64,000 nt of DNA, taken from assembly GCA_028280735.1 (NCBI GenBank), contig JANQLH010000305.1, forward strand, positions 3,798 through 67,797. The letters run 5' to 3'. Both the position numbers and the translations under genes were made by a program. The notes beneath the pieces are model-generated. The model saw only the letters and a list, made by a program, of their open reading frames with translations. It was not told the DNA's origin and did no database searches. How positions within the stretch are numbered: position 1 is the first letter of the stretch; every line of letters starts with the position of its first letter. Below are positions 19,997 to 28,253 of the stretch, piece after piece. This DNA is from SAR324 cluster bacterium. GTDB lineage: Bacteria; SAR324; XYD2-FULL-50-16.

Positions 19997-20199
19997 AGTT
20001 TAAACCTTACCTGTAAAAGCTTTAAGGGCAGCTTAATGCTTCGAAGCCCAGTGCTTTCAGCGATCAGCTTTCAGCCAGTTTTTGTTTGAACTTTCAATGC
20101 TTTATGCTGACGGCTGATTGCAGGTTAATCTTCAAGCTGAATTCCGGTATCTAGTGCAAGGCTGGATAAGGGTTTAGCGATTTTCCGTTCAGACACTAA
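19997..20199 (+). repeat. dispersed ~200-nt structured intergenic repeat, copy A
   Basis: It aligns by eye with 50216-50425 in the same orientation. Shared blocks are cagtgctttcagc, atcagc, tgacggctga, ccggtatct and ggtttagcga.ttt.cgttcagacactaa. An internal hairpin has arms at 20060-20075 and 20106-20121. Confidence 0.75.
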
Positions 20200-20215
20200 T
20201 CAATTGAGTAAATCG

Positions 20216-20635
20216 TTACATCCCGATGATTTTTACAAGAACTCTTTTATTTCTGCGACCGTCAAATTCTCCATAAAATATCTGTTCCCAGGTTCCAAAA
20301 TCCAGTTTTCCTTCGGTTATTGCAACCACAACCTCTCGTCCCATCACTTGCCTTTTTAGATGTGCATCAGCATTATCTTCACCTGTGTCGTTGTGACGGT
20401 ATTGGTCGATGGGAGCGTGCGGTGCAAGCTGCTCCAGCCACTTTTTATAGTCCCGGTGCAGGCCGGATTCATGGTCGTTGATGAAAACCGAAGCAGTGAT
20501 ATGCATAGCGTTAACCAATACCATGCCTTCCTTGATGCCACTTTCGTTGACACAAGATTCCACTTCCCGGGTAATGTTTACAAAGTCCATTCGTTCGGGA
20601 ATATTGAACCACAATTCTTTTCTATAACTTTTCAT
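20216..20635 (-). CDS. YjbQ/UPF0047 family protein (secondary thiamine-phosphate synthase-like)
   Basis: 139 aa with the family hallmarks [16 protein letters not shown] and the C-terminal FDG.R.R.V.V. Confidence 0.85.
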   Translation of the reverse strand: MKSYRKELWFNIPERMDFVNITREVESCVNESGIKEGMVLVNAMHITASVFINDHESGLHRDYKKWLEQLAPHAPIDQYRHNDTGEDNADAHLKRQVMGREVVVAITEGKLDFGTWEQIFYGEFDGRRNKRVLVKIIGM

Positions 20636-20652
20636 ATGTATTTATTTGGTAT

Positions 20653-21915
20653 TTATCCTTTTTTAAGCAAGGGAATCCTAATTGCCGATATAGTCTTTAC
20701 GAAGCTTGCCCTGGCAATATCCCTTTCCTTCACTTCCTTGATTTCCTGTAAGTCAAGGTAGTCATCGATTTTGGAAAAAGCAGCCTGACAATGCTTCAAT
20801 GCCTGCTCTTTGAATATTCCTTTTTTTACATGGCTGTTGAAAGAATTGGAATAGTCGGACATCAACTTTGCAATAAAAATATGTGTTTTAATATCGCCCG
20901 GGTCCAGTTTTAAAATCTCTTGTAACTCATTAATAATTTTTGCTTTTGCGTTTTCAGTTTTTAACAAGGCAGTCAGTTTTCTTTTACGATACCTGGACTC
21001 CAGACGTCTGATGTCCTTTAACAGAACCTGTCCGTATTCCTTTTTCAAGCTGTATTTTGTCTTTCCATGCTGCAGTTGACGGTCAGTAGGTTCAAAGTCA
21101 GGTAGTGAAAAGTCAAAGTCTCCTTTAGCCAGATTCAGTACATAGTTTTCCGGCGGGTATCGGGCTTCTCTCGATCCAAGCAATTTAGCCAGGTATTTAA
21201 GATAAGCCTTTTTTACCAATAGCTGATCCGGATAAAACTGGTAAATCTCGTAAATAAAAGCCATACCGTCCGCAATCACTTTACCGTTTGTTAGAAAGAC
21301 CTGTTTAGTATCCAAAAACGTCTCTTTAGCCAGCTTCACCTCGATAATTGATATATTTGACTTTCCGTTCTTATAACTATCAATAATATTTTGAGAGTTT
21401 ATCAGGGATCTCTGAATTCGGGAAAGTTCACCATAAGCTTTCTGTGCAGCAAGACAGGTTGTTTTAAGCTTACCGTCAATGTCTTCTGTATACTCTTCAG
21501 GTAAATCCGAGGTGGATTTTTTCTCCGATGCGGGCCGTGTTTCTCTTAACAGGGCTCGTTCAATTTTTTCACTGTCTTTAAAAATAGATGGAGATGTTTT
21601 ATTCAGGATATGGAAAAACTCTTCAATGGAATTATATGAGAAAAAGTTTTTATCTTTGATCATTTGTCCGATAATTACTCCAAGCAGTTTGTCGGGCAAA
21701 TTGATCACATCGTTACTCATGCCGGCTTGGCGACCTTCCATCACTTCCTGGACTAAAAAATGAAACCCATCCAGTAATGCCGGGATCTCTTGAGTATATT
21801 GCTGCTGATATTCGACAAGTTTATTTTCCCTTTCATCATGAGATAAGGGAAATAGCAGTGCGATTAGTTCCCTACCCTTTTCGCCGGGATCATAGGTTTT
21901 TAAGGTATCCGACAT
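20653..21915 (-). CDS. hypothetical protein (orphan, 420 aa, helical)
   Basis: Long open frame 17 nt upstream of yjbQ on the same strand. I recognise no motif. Confidence 0.6.
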   Translation of the reverse strand: MSDTLKTYDPGEKGRELIALLFPLSHDERENKLVEYQQQYTQEIPALLDGFHFLVQEVMEGRQAGMSNDVINLPDKLLGVIIGQMIKDKNFFSYNSIEEFFHILNKTSPSIFKDSEKIERALLRETRPASEKKSTSDLPEEYTEDIDGKLKTTCLAAQKAYGELSRIQRSLINSQNIIDSYKNGKSNISIIEVKLAKETFLDTKQVFLTNGKVIADGMAFIYEIYQFYPDQLLVKKAYLKYLAKLLGSREARYPPENYVLNLAKGDFDFSLPDFEPTDRQLQHGKTKYSLKKEYGQVLLKDIRRLESRYRKRKLTALLKTENAKAKIINELQEILKLDPGDIKTHIFIAKLMSDYSNSFNSHVKKGIFKEQALKHCQAAFSKIDDYLDLQEIKEVKERDIARASFVKTISAIRIPLLKKG

Positions 21916-22144
21916 CTATCTATTTCTTTGGGGAAGTTAATTCAATAGGACTAAACCTGGTTTCATCACCTGAAAGCTTTTTCAATTATAATGGAAATGT
22001 TTGTGATTTTCATTCTTTTTTTCGTCATTCGTTTTAATCTTGTTTAAGGTCTTCATTTATCCATATTGAGCTGGAATTTCTCATTAGCAAAAGATAGGAT
22101 TTGAAAAGATCGAACAATACAAGAACGCTATTTGGTTTTTTAAT

Positions 22145-22645
22145 ATGACGCTAGTGAATCCTTTGGAAAAAGTGTATAAGGTAACCGACCTGGTACCGGT
22201 AATCAATGAAATTAAATCCCAAAACAAAAAAATTGTTTTTACCAACGGGTGCTTCGACTTAATCCATGTCGGTCATACCAGGTATTTAAAAGCGGCCAGG
22301 GATGCGGGAGACAAACTGATTGTTGCTGTTAACAGTGATCGCTCCGTAACGCAGTTGAAAGGGGAGACACGACCATTGATCCCCCTGGAAGAAAGAATGG
22401 AAGTTCTCGCAAGTCTGTACTTTGTCGATTTTGTAGTTTCATTCGAGGAACTTGATCCCTATACTATCATTCAACAGCTAAAACCGAACATCCTCATCAA
22501 AGGCGGTGATTGGCCACTGGAAAAGATTATCGGCAAGGATATAGTTGAACAGGAAGGCGGGAAGGTGTTTACCATCCCGGAGATTCCTGGTCGGGCTACG
22601 ACCGGTATCATCGATAAAATTCGCAAACTTCATAAAGATTTTTAA
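22145..22645 (+). CDS. D-glycero-beta-D-manno-heptose-1-phosphate adenylyltransferase (RfaE domain II-like cytidylyltransferase)
   Basis: 166 aa. Motifs present: FTNGCFDLIHVGHTRYL and AVNSD.SV..LKG..RP. Confidence 0.85.
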   Translation: MTLVNPLEKVYKVTDLVPVINEIKSQNKKIVFTNGCFDLIHVGHTRYLKAARDAGDKLIVAVNSDRSVTQLKGETRPLIPLEERMEVLASLYFVDFVVSFEELDPYTIIQQLKPNILIKGGDWPLEKIIGKDIVEQEGGKVFTIPEIPGRATTGIIDKIRKLHKDF

Positions 22646-22653
22646 TTCGGACC

Positions 22654-23757
22654 ATGTTTGATCGCAGATTATTGGAAGATTTTGACTGGGTGTTACTACT
22701 AATAACCGTTGTTATTTCGGTAATTGGGTTTGTGGCGATATATTCCGCATCCTACAGCTACGGGACGGAAACACCGTATTTCGGAAGGCAGGTGTTGTGG
22801 TTTTTCGTCGGCTTGGGAGTCATGGCTGTCGTAACCATGATCGACTATCGATTTATGCAACGGTTCGCCCCACTGGTCCACCTGTTCATGATCATTCTAT
22901 TAATTCTTGTTCTGATATACGGCACGGGAGGAGCTGGTTCTCGCGTACAGCGCTGGTTACAAATCGGCCCTATCTTTTTTCAACCTTCGGAGTTTGTAAA
23001 ATTCAGTCTTATTCTTTATCTGGCGCATTACTTTAGCGAGTCTCGCAGAATCGGAGACCTTGGAGTCAAAGAAGTTCTCTGGCCCCTGATTATAACATTG
23101 GTTCCGTTTTTTCTTATCATCCAGCAGCCTGACCTGGGTACAGCCGGTATTTTGCTGTTTATCTTTTTACCGGTTATTTTTTTGGTAGGCATTCGCACGA
23201 AGCTCATCCTGTTATCTACTGCACTAGCTGTCGGTTCCATGCCTTTTGTCTGGGTTTTTTTACTTAAGCAATACCAGCGAGATCGGATAATCACATTGAT
23301 TAATCCTGAAATGGATCCTTTGGGAACCGGTTATCAGATAATTCAATCAAAAATTGCTGTCGGAAGCGGACAAATCTGGGGAAAAGGCTATTTGCAAGGA
23401 ACCCAGGCACAACTGAATTTTCTTCCGGCACGACACACCGATTTTATATTTTCGGTTTTTACTGAAGAATGGGGATTTGTCGGGGGAATCTTCCTGGTCA
23501 TGTTATATGTGTTCCTGATTCTCTGGTGTCTGCGCTATGTCGGCAAAACAAAGGATAGGTCCGGATCGATTCTTACGGTAGGGGTAGCGGCAATTTTAAC
23601 TTCACAGGTAGTCATTAATATCGGAATGGTGATAGGTCTGTTACCTATCGTTGGAATGCCGTTACCTTTCATGAGTTACGGGGGATCGGCAATGTTATCG
23701 CATATGATCGGGATAGGGCTTGTTCTAAATGTCCGCATGCGGCGCTACGATATTTAA
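22654..23757 (+). CDS. rodA: SEDS-family peptidoglycan polymerase RodA
   Basis: 367 aa, polytopic. FtsW/RodA/SpoVE motifs are present: QPSEF.K, PDLGT, TDFIF and LPFMSYGGS. Confidence 0.9.
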   Translation: MFDRRLLEDFDWVLLLITVVISVIGFVAIYSASYSYGTETPYFGRQVLWFFVGLGVMAVVTMIDYRFMQRFAPLVHLFMIILLILVLIYGTGGAGSRVQRWLQIGPIFFQPSEFVKFSLILYLAHYFSESRRIGDLGVKEVLWPLIITLVPFFLIIQQPDLGTAGILLFIFLPVIFLVGIRTKLILLSTALAVGSMPFVWVFLLKQYQRDRIITLINPEMDPLGTGYQIIQSKIAVGSGQIWGKGYLQGTQAQLNFLPARHTDFIFSVFTEEWGFVGGIFLVMLYVFLILWCLRYVGKTKDRSGSILTVGVAAILTSQVVINIGMVIGLLPIVGMPLPFMSYGGSAMLSHMIGIGLVLNVRMRRYDI

Positions 23758-25226
23758 CTCCAACTTTTTCTTCTGTGCACCGCTTTCTCGTAAACCTTTT
23801 CATACTTCTCAACAGCTGTCTTCCAACCGAAATCTTGTTTCATGGCCGTCAACTGTGCGGCTTTGTAGCTGCCCGGTTTGTCATACCAGGTGGATAGAGC
23901 CCATCCGATGGTATTTTTTAAAGCTTCACTTGTGATATCGTTGAACATAAATCCTGTACCTGTTAGCGTTTCCTCTTCAAAATTCCGAACGGTATCAACC
24001 AAACCGCCTGTTGCCCTGACAATAGGTAAAGTTCCGTATAGCATACTGTATATCTGATTCAAACCACACGGTTCATACAAAGAAGGCATGAGAAAAAAAT
24101 CACTGCCCGCTTCAATCAAATGAGCTAATTCATTTTGAAAACCGATGTAAATACCAACTTTTCCGGGGAAAAACTTGGCCAGGTTCTCAAAATAACCGGC
24201 ATAAAACGGGTTTCCGCTTCCAAGCACAATCAACTGAAGGTCCCAGGACATAACATCTTCCAGACACCCCATTAACAATTGCATGCCCTTTTGATATGCC
24301 AGCCTGCCTACCATCCCAAAAACGGGGATGTCGAGGTCGGTTTTGAGTCCGAAGTGCTGTTGCAGAGTTGTTTTGCAAATCTTCTTTCCGCTTAAATCCT
24401 TAGCGGAAAAGGTTTGAGGAATATATTTATCAGTTTCGCAATTCCATTCCTGCTCATCAATCCCATTAAGAATACCGACAATGTCATTTTTTCTTCTGTT
24501 TAGATATGAGCTTAATCCACATCCCCCGGGCTCTGAGAGAATTTCTTTTGCATAGTTGGGACTGACAGTGGTGATCATATCTGCATAAAACAAACCGCCT
24601 TTTAAGGGATTGATTCCATTATTATCTTCAAACTCGTCAGAACGCATTTGCATCCAGTTCAAACCAACAAATCCGGAATTGGACATCGGAAAATGCCCTT
24701 GGTATCCAAGATTGTGAATGGTTAAAACCGATGAGGTATCCCTGAACAAAGGTTCCGACCAAAACCATGTCTTTAAATAATACGCTATGAGAGAAGTTTG
24801 CCAGTCGTTTAAATGGATAACATCCGGTTTGATTTTTAACTGAATGGCAAGATCCAAAGCCGCTTTTGAAAAAAAAGAGAAACGTCTGCCGTTATCTGTA
24901 TATTCTTTCCCTTCTTCGCCATAGAGATCATCACGGTTAAAAAAGTCATTGTATTCAATAAAGTATACATTCAGGTTGGCTTCCGGCGATGTTTTCCATA
25001 TTTTACAGACAAGAACTTGATTTCCCATTGTCACTCTGAGCGGCTCGGAAAGGGATTTCAAACCGAATTCCTTTTGTTTCGCCTTGATCGATTTATACAA
25101 AGGAAGTGTGAGGGAAACCGAATGGCCTCTGAACGAAAGCTGCCTGGCAAGCGTTCCGACAACATCGCCCAATCCACCGGTCTGGATGTAAGGGACAGCT
25201 TCGGAGGAAACCAAATGGATATTCAT
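23754..25226 (-). CDS. glgA: glycogen synthase (ADP-glucose type)
   Basis: 490 aa. The N-terminal motif is SSEAVPYIQTGGLGDV, followed by a GT5/GT-B C-terminal region PSLYEPCGL.Q. Confidence 0.92.
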   Translation of the reverse strand: MNIHLVSSEAVPYIQTGGLGDVVGTLARQLSFRGHSVSLTLPLYKSIKAKQKEFGLKSLSEPLRVTMGNQVLVCKIWKTSPEANLNVYFIEYNDFFNRDDLYGEEGKEYTDNGRRFSFFSKAALDLAIQLKIKPDVIHLNDWQTSLIAYYLKTWFWSEPLFRDTSSVLTIHNLGYQGHFPMSNSGFVGLNWMQMRSDEFEDNNGINPLKGGLFYADMITTVSPNYAKEILSEPGGCGLSSYLNRRKNDIVGILNGIDEQEWNCETDKYIPQTFSAKDLSGKKICKTTLQQHFGLKTDLDIPVFGMVGRLAYQKGMQLLMGCLEDVMSWDLQLIVLGSGNPFYAGYFENLAKFFPGKVGIYIGFQNELAHLIEAGSDFFLMPSLYEPCGLNQIYSMLYGTLPIVRATGGLVDTVRNFEEETLTGTGFMFNDITSEALKNTIGWALSTWYDKPGSYKAAQLTAMKQDFGWKTAVEKYEKVYEKAVHRRKSWS

Positions 25227-25248
25227 AGGCGAGTTGAATGTGGAATGA

Positions 25249-25824
25249 CTAGCTGCTTTTATCAGGAAGGTCGATCTTGTTAAACGCTTTTACCAGCTTC
25301 TCCAGACTGCTTTTAGCAGTTTTTTGTTTTACCTTGTGCTGCAACATGTCAACAAAATCGTGACTGTTGAAGGAGTTGTTTTGATGTTTACGATTGTTCC
25401 GAATCTGTTTTCGAATCTTTCGTAATCTGTCTTTTTGCTTTGTATCAATTGGGTCAGGGGCGGAAAACTCGGAAAGCTCATGCTTGACGATAAATTCATT
25501 CTCAAAGTCTTTCATCAGTTTCTTAACAACCACATTTTTAGACTCTTCGCCAATTGATAGCGAGTTTCCGGAAAACAACTCGTTCAGGTAAGCATAGAAG
25601 GATGACCATGAAGATGATTGTTTAACCTCTTCTGCAAGCTCAGATAATCGAGCTTTGTATTTATCGTAAAGAACAACCTTCATGTTTTTTGCAGAAGGAT
25701 CGGAATGGTTGATCACTTTAAGCAGTTTTTCCAAAATCGCTGCCAAAGCGTCTATATCTATAAGAAACCGTGATAACGGGTTCATGGAACTTTCTGTCAA
25801 GGGTATGGATGCAGGATTGAACAT
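25249..25824 (-). CDS. hypothetical protein (191 aa)
   Basis: Open frame 22 nt upstream of glgA on the same strand. It has a basic K/R-rich C-terminal half and no recognised motif. Confidence 0.5.
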   Translation of the reverse strand: MFNPASIPLTESSMNPLSRFLIDIDALAAILEKLLKVINHSDPSAKNMKVVLYDKYKARLSELAEEVKQSSSWSSFYAYLNELFSGNSLSIGEESKNVVVKKLMKDFENEFIVKHELSEFSAPDPIDTKQKDRLRKIRKQIRNNRKHQNNSFNSHDFVDMLQHKVKQKTAKSSLEKLVKAFNKIDLPDKSS

Positions 25825-26344
25825 GTTCTCGTTTTATCAATTAACTATAATTATTTTTTAATCTTTAGGTAAAGCACTTATCGAACCACTTTTGATTTCT
25901 TGAAACCGTTTATGGATGCTGTATTTATTGCAAAGGCATTGAAGCAACAAATTTAACCGGTCAAACTGCAAACTGCATCCGGCAGCAATAAAAATCATTG
26001 TTTATCAAACTACTGAACAATATTTTATATTGTTACTCAATAATTATAAACATAAGAAAGTTGAAACCTATCAAATCACATTTTAATATAAAGTCAACAG
26101 GTATACATATGTTAAGATATATTGACTTCTCTCAACATTTTTTGAAAGGTGTTAATAAATTGTTAATAATAAATTATCAATGAAGGTTTATGAGCATAAA
26201 ACCTTGGCTCAATTTGGAGTTTTTTAGAGAATTTCCTGGTTTTGTTGTAAAAAATAAAATATTTCGAAATAATTTGCGCATTTAAGAAAATGTATTTATG
26301 CTAAAGATTAACATTAGGTAATATTATTCAAATCAGGAGACTTT

Positions 26345-26638
26345 ATGGCAAAAGCTACAAGAAGAGGACCTAAGAAAGGTAAAAGATTGACATCTGAAAT
26401 TCAGGCAGAAATTATAGTTGAAGCCTTATATTCAAAAAAGACAGTTGAAGATGTTTTAGAAAAATACAAGAAAAGCGGATACAATGTTAAAGAAGATGTT
26501 GAAAAAGACTTAAAAAACCTTGGGCCTGTGGAAATGACCTTCATGCTGGGTAACAAGCATATCCTCGAATCAGTTAAAGAAGAAGCTGTTAAAACAATTA
26601 TCAGCGACATCACAAAAAACAAAAAAGCCCTTCCTTAA
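26345..26638 (+). CDS. small basic protein, possible HTH
   Basis: 97 aa, with AGGAG 5 nt upstream of the ATG. The N-terminus RRGPKKGKRLTSEIQAEIIVEALYSKKTVEDVLEKY loosely resembles transposase-type HTH leaders. The gene is isolated between two long non-coding stretches. Confidence 0.5.
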   Translation: MAKATRRGPKKGKRLTSEIQAEIIVEALYSKKTVEDVLEKYKKSGYNVKEDVEKDLKNLGPVEMTFMLGNKHILESVKEEAVKTIISDITKNKKALP

Positions 26639-26657
26639 AATTTAAAGAGCATTAAGT

Positions 26658-26682
26658 ATCGATCCTTAATTAAGGGATCGAT
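26658..26682 (+). terminator. hairpin after small basic-protein gene (no U-tract)
   Basis: atcgatcc ttaattaag ggatcgat. The 8-bp arms are at 26658-26665 and 26675-26682, about 20 nt after the stop. Confidence 0.3.
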
Positions 26683-27338
26683 CTATCAATGCTCGCTCCG
26701 AAAGAAAATCACCGGTAACTATATCAACGCTTAGGAGAGGGCTTTGACTTTCCCCGGCAGAACTGTTTACACTGTTCCGCAATGTTCAGACTATATCCGG
26801 AGATTACACATTTTAAGGTTTGTCTCAGTTCTGCATTTCCTACAAATATTTCTTTAATTCCGGTATTCCTTTGGTTATCACTGATCGGATATCAGCTATC
26901 AGATTGTGGAACAAGTTCTCAAACCCGGAAAGGAATTGAAAAACAATCCAGCTATTCAAGAGCAACATTTATCTTTTAAGTTTGTTGGTTAAACAGAACG
27001 CAAAGCTTTCACCAACGACCGACAACGATAAACGAAACCTACCTCCTATGCCTTGCTAGATGCGATATATGTGGCTCCCTTGGGAAGTTGTACTTTTTAA
27101 GATAACCCGAAAATGTGTGCGGAGATGAGCTTATTTGTATAGTCATAAGAGAATATTTGGATAAAGTATTGATGAAATCTATAAAACTGTTTTTATTGAT
27201 TTAATTATTAACTTGCCTGAAAAATTATTCGCTGTTAAACTCCAAAAAGGATGAAAGAAGGTCGTTACTATATATTACCAAGTTCTGTGTGTGTCGATTA
27301 TTCAGACTGGTTTTCCAATAATTTTATAGCGGAGTTAA

Positions 27339-28127
27339 ATGGAAGTTCCGTCGAACCGTTCACTGCTTTCGATAATTAAATCCAAATTATTAAATAAATC
27401 TTATCAAGAAACCAAATCCAACATAGATGCAAGTGAGTTTGAAGTTCTAAACAATCTTGAGGATTATTTCAATACCACCATCCGCGAAGTCATGGTTCCT
27501 AGAACTCAAATGGAAACCATCGACAAAAAAGCACCAATCAAAACAGCCATAAACTTATTTCATAAAACCGGGTTTTCCCGATTACCGGTTTTGGAAGGAA
27601 AACGTGACAACATTGTAGGTATTCTTTATGCTATTGATCTTTTTAAGCATTTTGAATCAATTGATGCTATTCTGGTCTCCGAAATCATGCGCAAACCTTC
27701 GTTTGTATCTTATAGTCAGAAGATACACCAAGTTTTCTCGCATTTCAGAACCAATAAAGTACAAATGGCGATAGTAGTAGATGAGCATGGTGGTGTAGAT
27801 GGATTAGTAACCATCGAAGATGTAATAGAAGAACTGGTTGGGGACATTCCGGATGAATTTGATAAAAATGATGACCCAACTTACAAGTCTCTCGGCAATG
27901 GCTCTGTTTTGATGGATGCCAATTTCCCCTTAAGTCAGTTTAACGAGCTTTATAATAAAGATTTTCAAAAAGAAGGTATCGAGACCATTGGCGGATATGT
28001 TTGCCACAGTGCCGGAAAAATACCGGGAAAAGGAGAGCGAATAGAACTTGATAATCTGCAGCTGGTGGTCGATGAAAGCAACGATAGAAGATTGGAAAAA
28101 CTCTTAATATCAATGACTAATTCCTAG
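27339..28127 (+). CDS. CorC/TlyC-type CBS-pair + CorC_HlyC domain protein (no membrane domain)
   Basis: 262 aa. Motifs present: VREVMVPR, CBS pair, VVDEHGGVDGLVTIEDVIEELVG, and a C-terminal transporter-associated domain. Confidence 0.8.
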   Translation: MEVPSNRSLLSIIKSKLLNKSYQETKSNIDASEFEVLNNLEDYFNTTIREVMVPRTQMETIDKKAPIKTAINLFHKTGFSRLPVLEGKRDNIVGILYAIDLFKHFESIDAILVSEIMRKPSFVSYSQKIHQVFSHFRTNKVQMAIVVDEHGGVDGLVTIEDVIEELVGDIPDEFDKNDDPTYKSLGNGSVLMDANFPLSQFNELYNKDFQKEGIETIGGYVCHSAGKIPGKGERIELDNLQLVVDESNDRRLEKLLISMTNS

Positions 28128-28253
28128 TTTCATTTTCCGAAGCGCTGCATCATCCTTAATTGTTCTGAAATGGCGGGTGGTGCTCTATGATCTCCAACTC
28201 ACGAGTTGATCGTTCCGATGGTCAATCAATAGATAATTAATCTCTGAATTCAT

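Noticed and set aside
25825-26344. The AT-rich 520-nt tract considered as a possible replication origin.
   Set aside because: I could not find TTATCCACA-type DnaA boxes (only TTATCAA/TTATCGA strings that fail the CACA half). No dnaA, dnaN or parAB gene lies adjacent.
26746-26755. On the minus strand this reads ggggaaagtc, reminiscent of the RNase P RNA GGAAAGUCCGG core.
   Set aside because: The following bases (aaagcc) do not match the conserved CCGGGC. Other conserved RNase P blocks are absent or in the wrong order.
26782-26979. 65-aa plus-strand ORF in the long non-coding stretch upstream of corC.
   Set aside because: It has no RBS and an implausible composition. I treat the region as non-coding pending RNA evidence.
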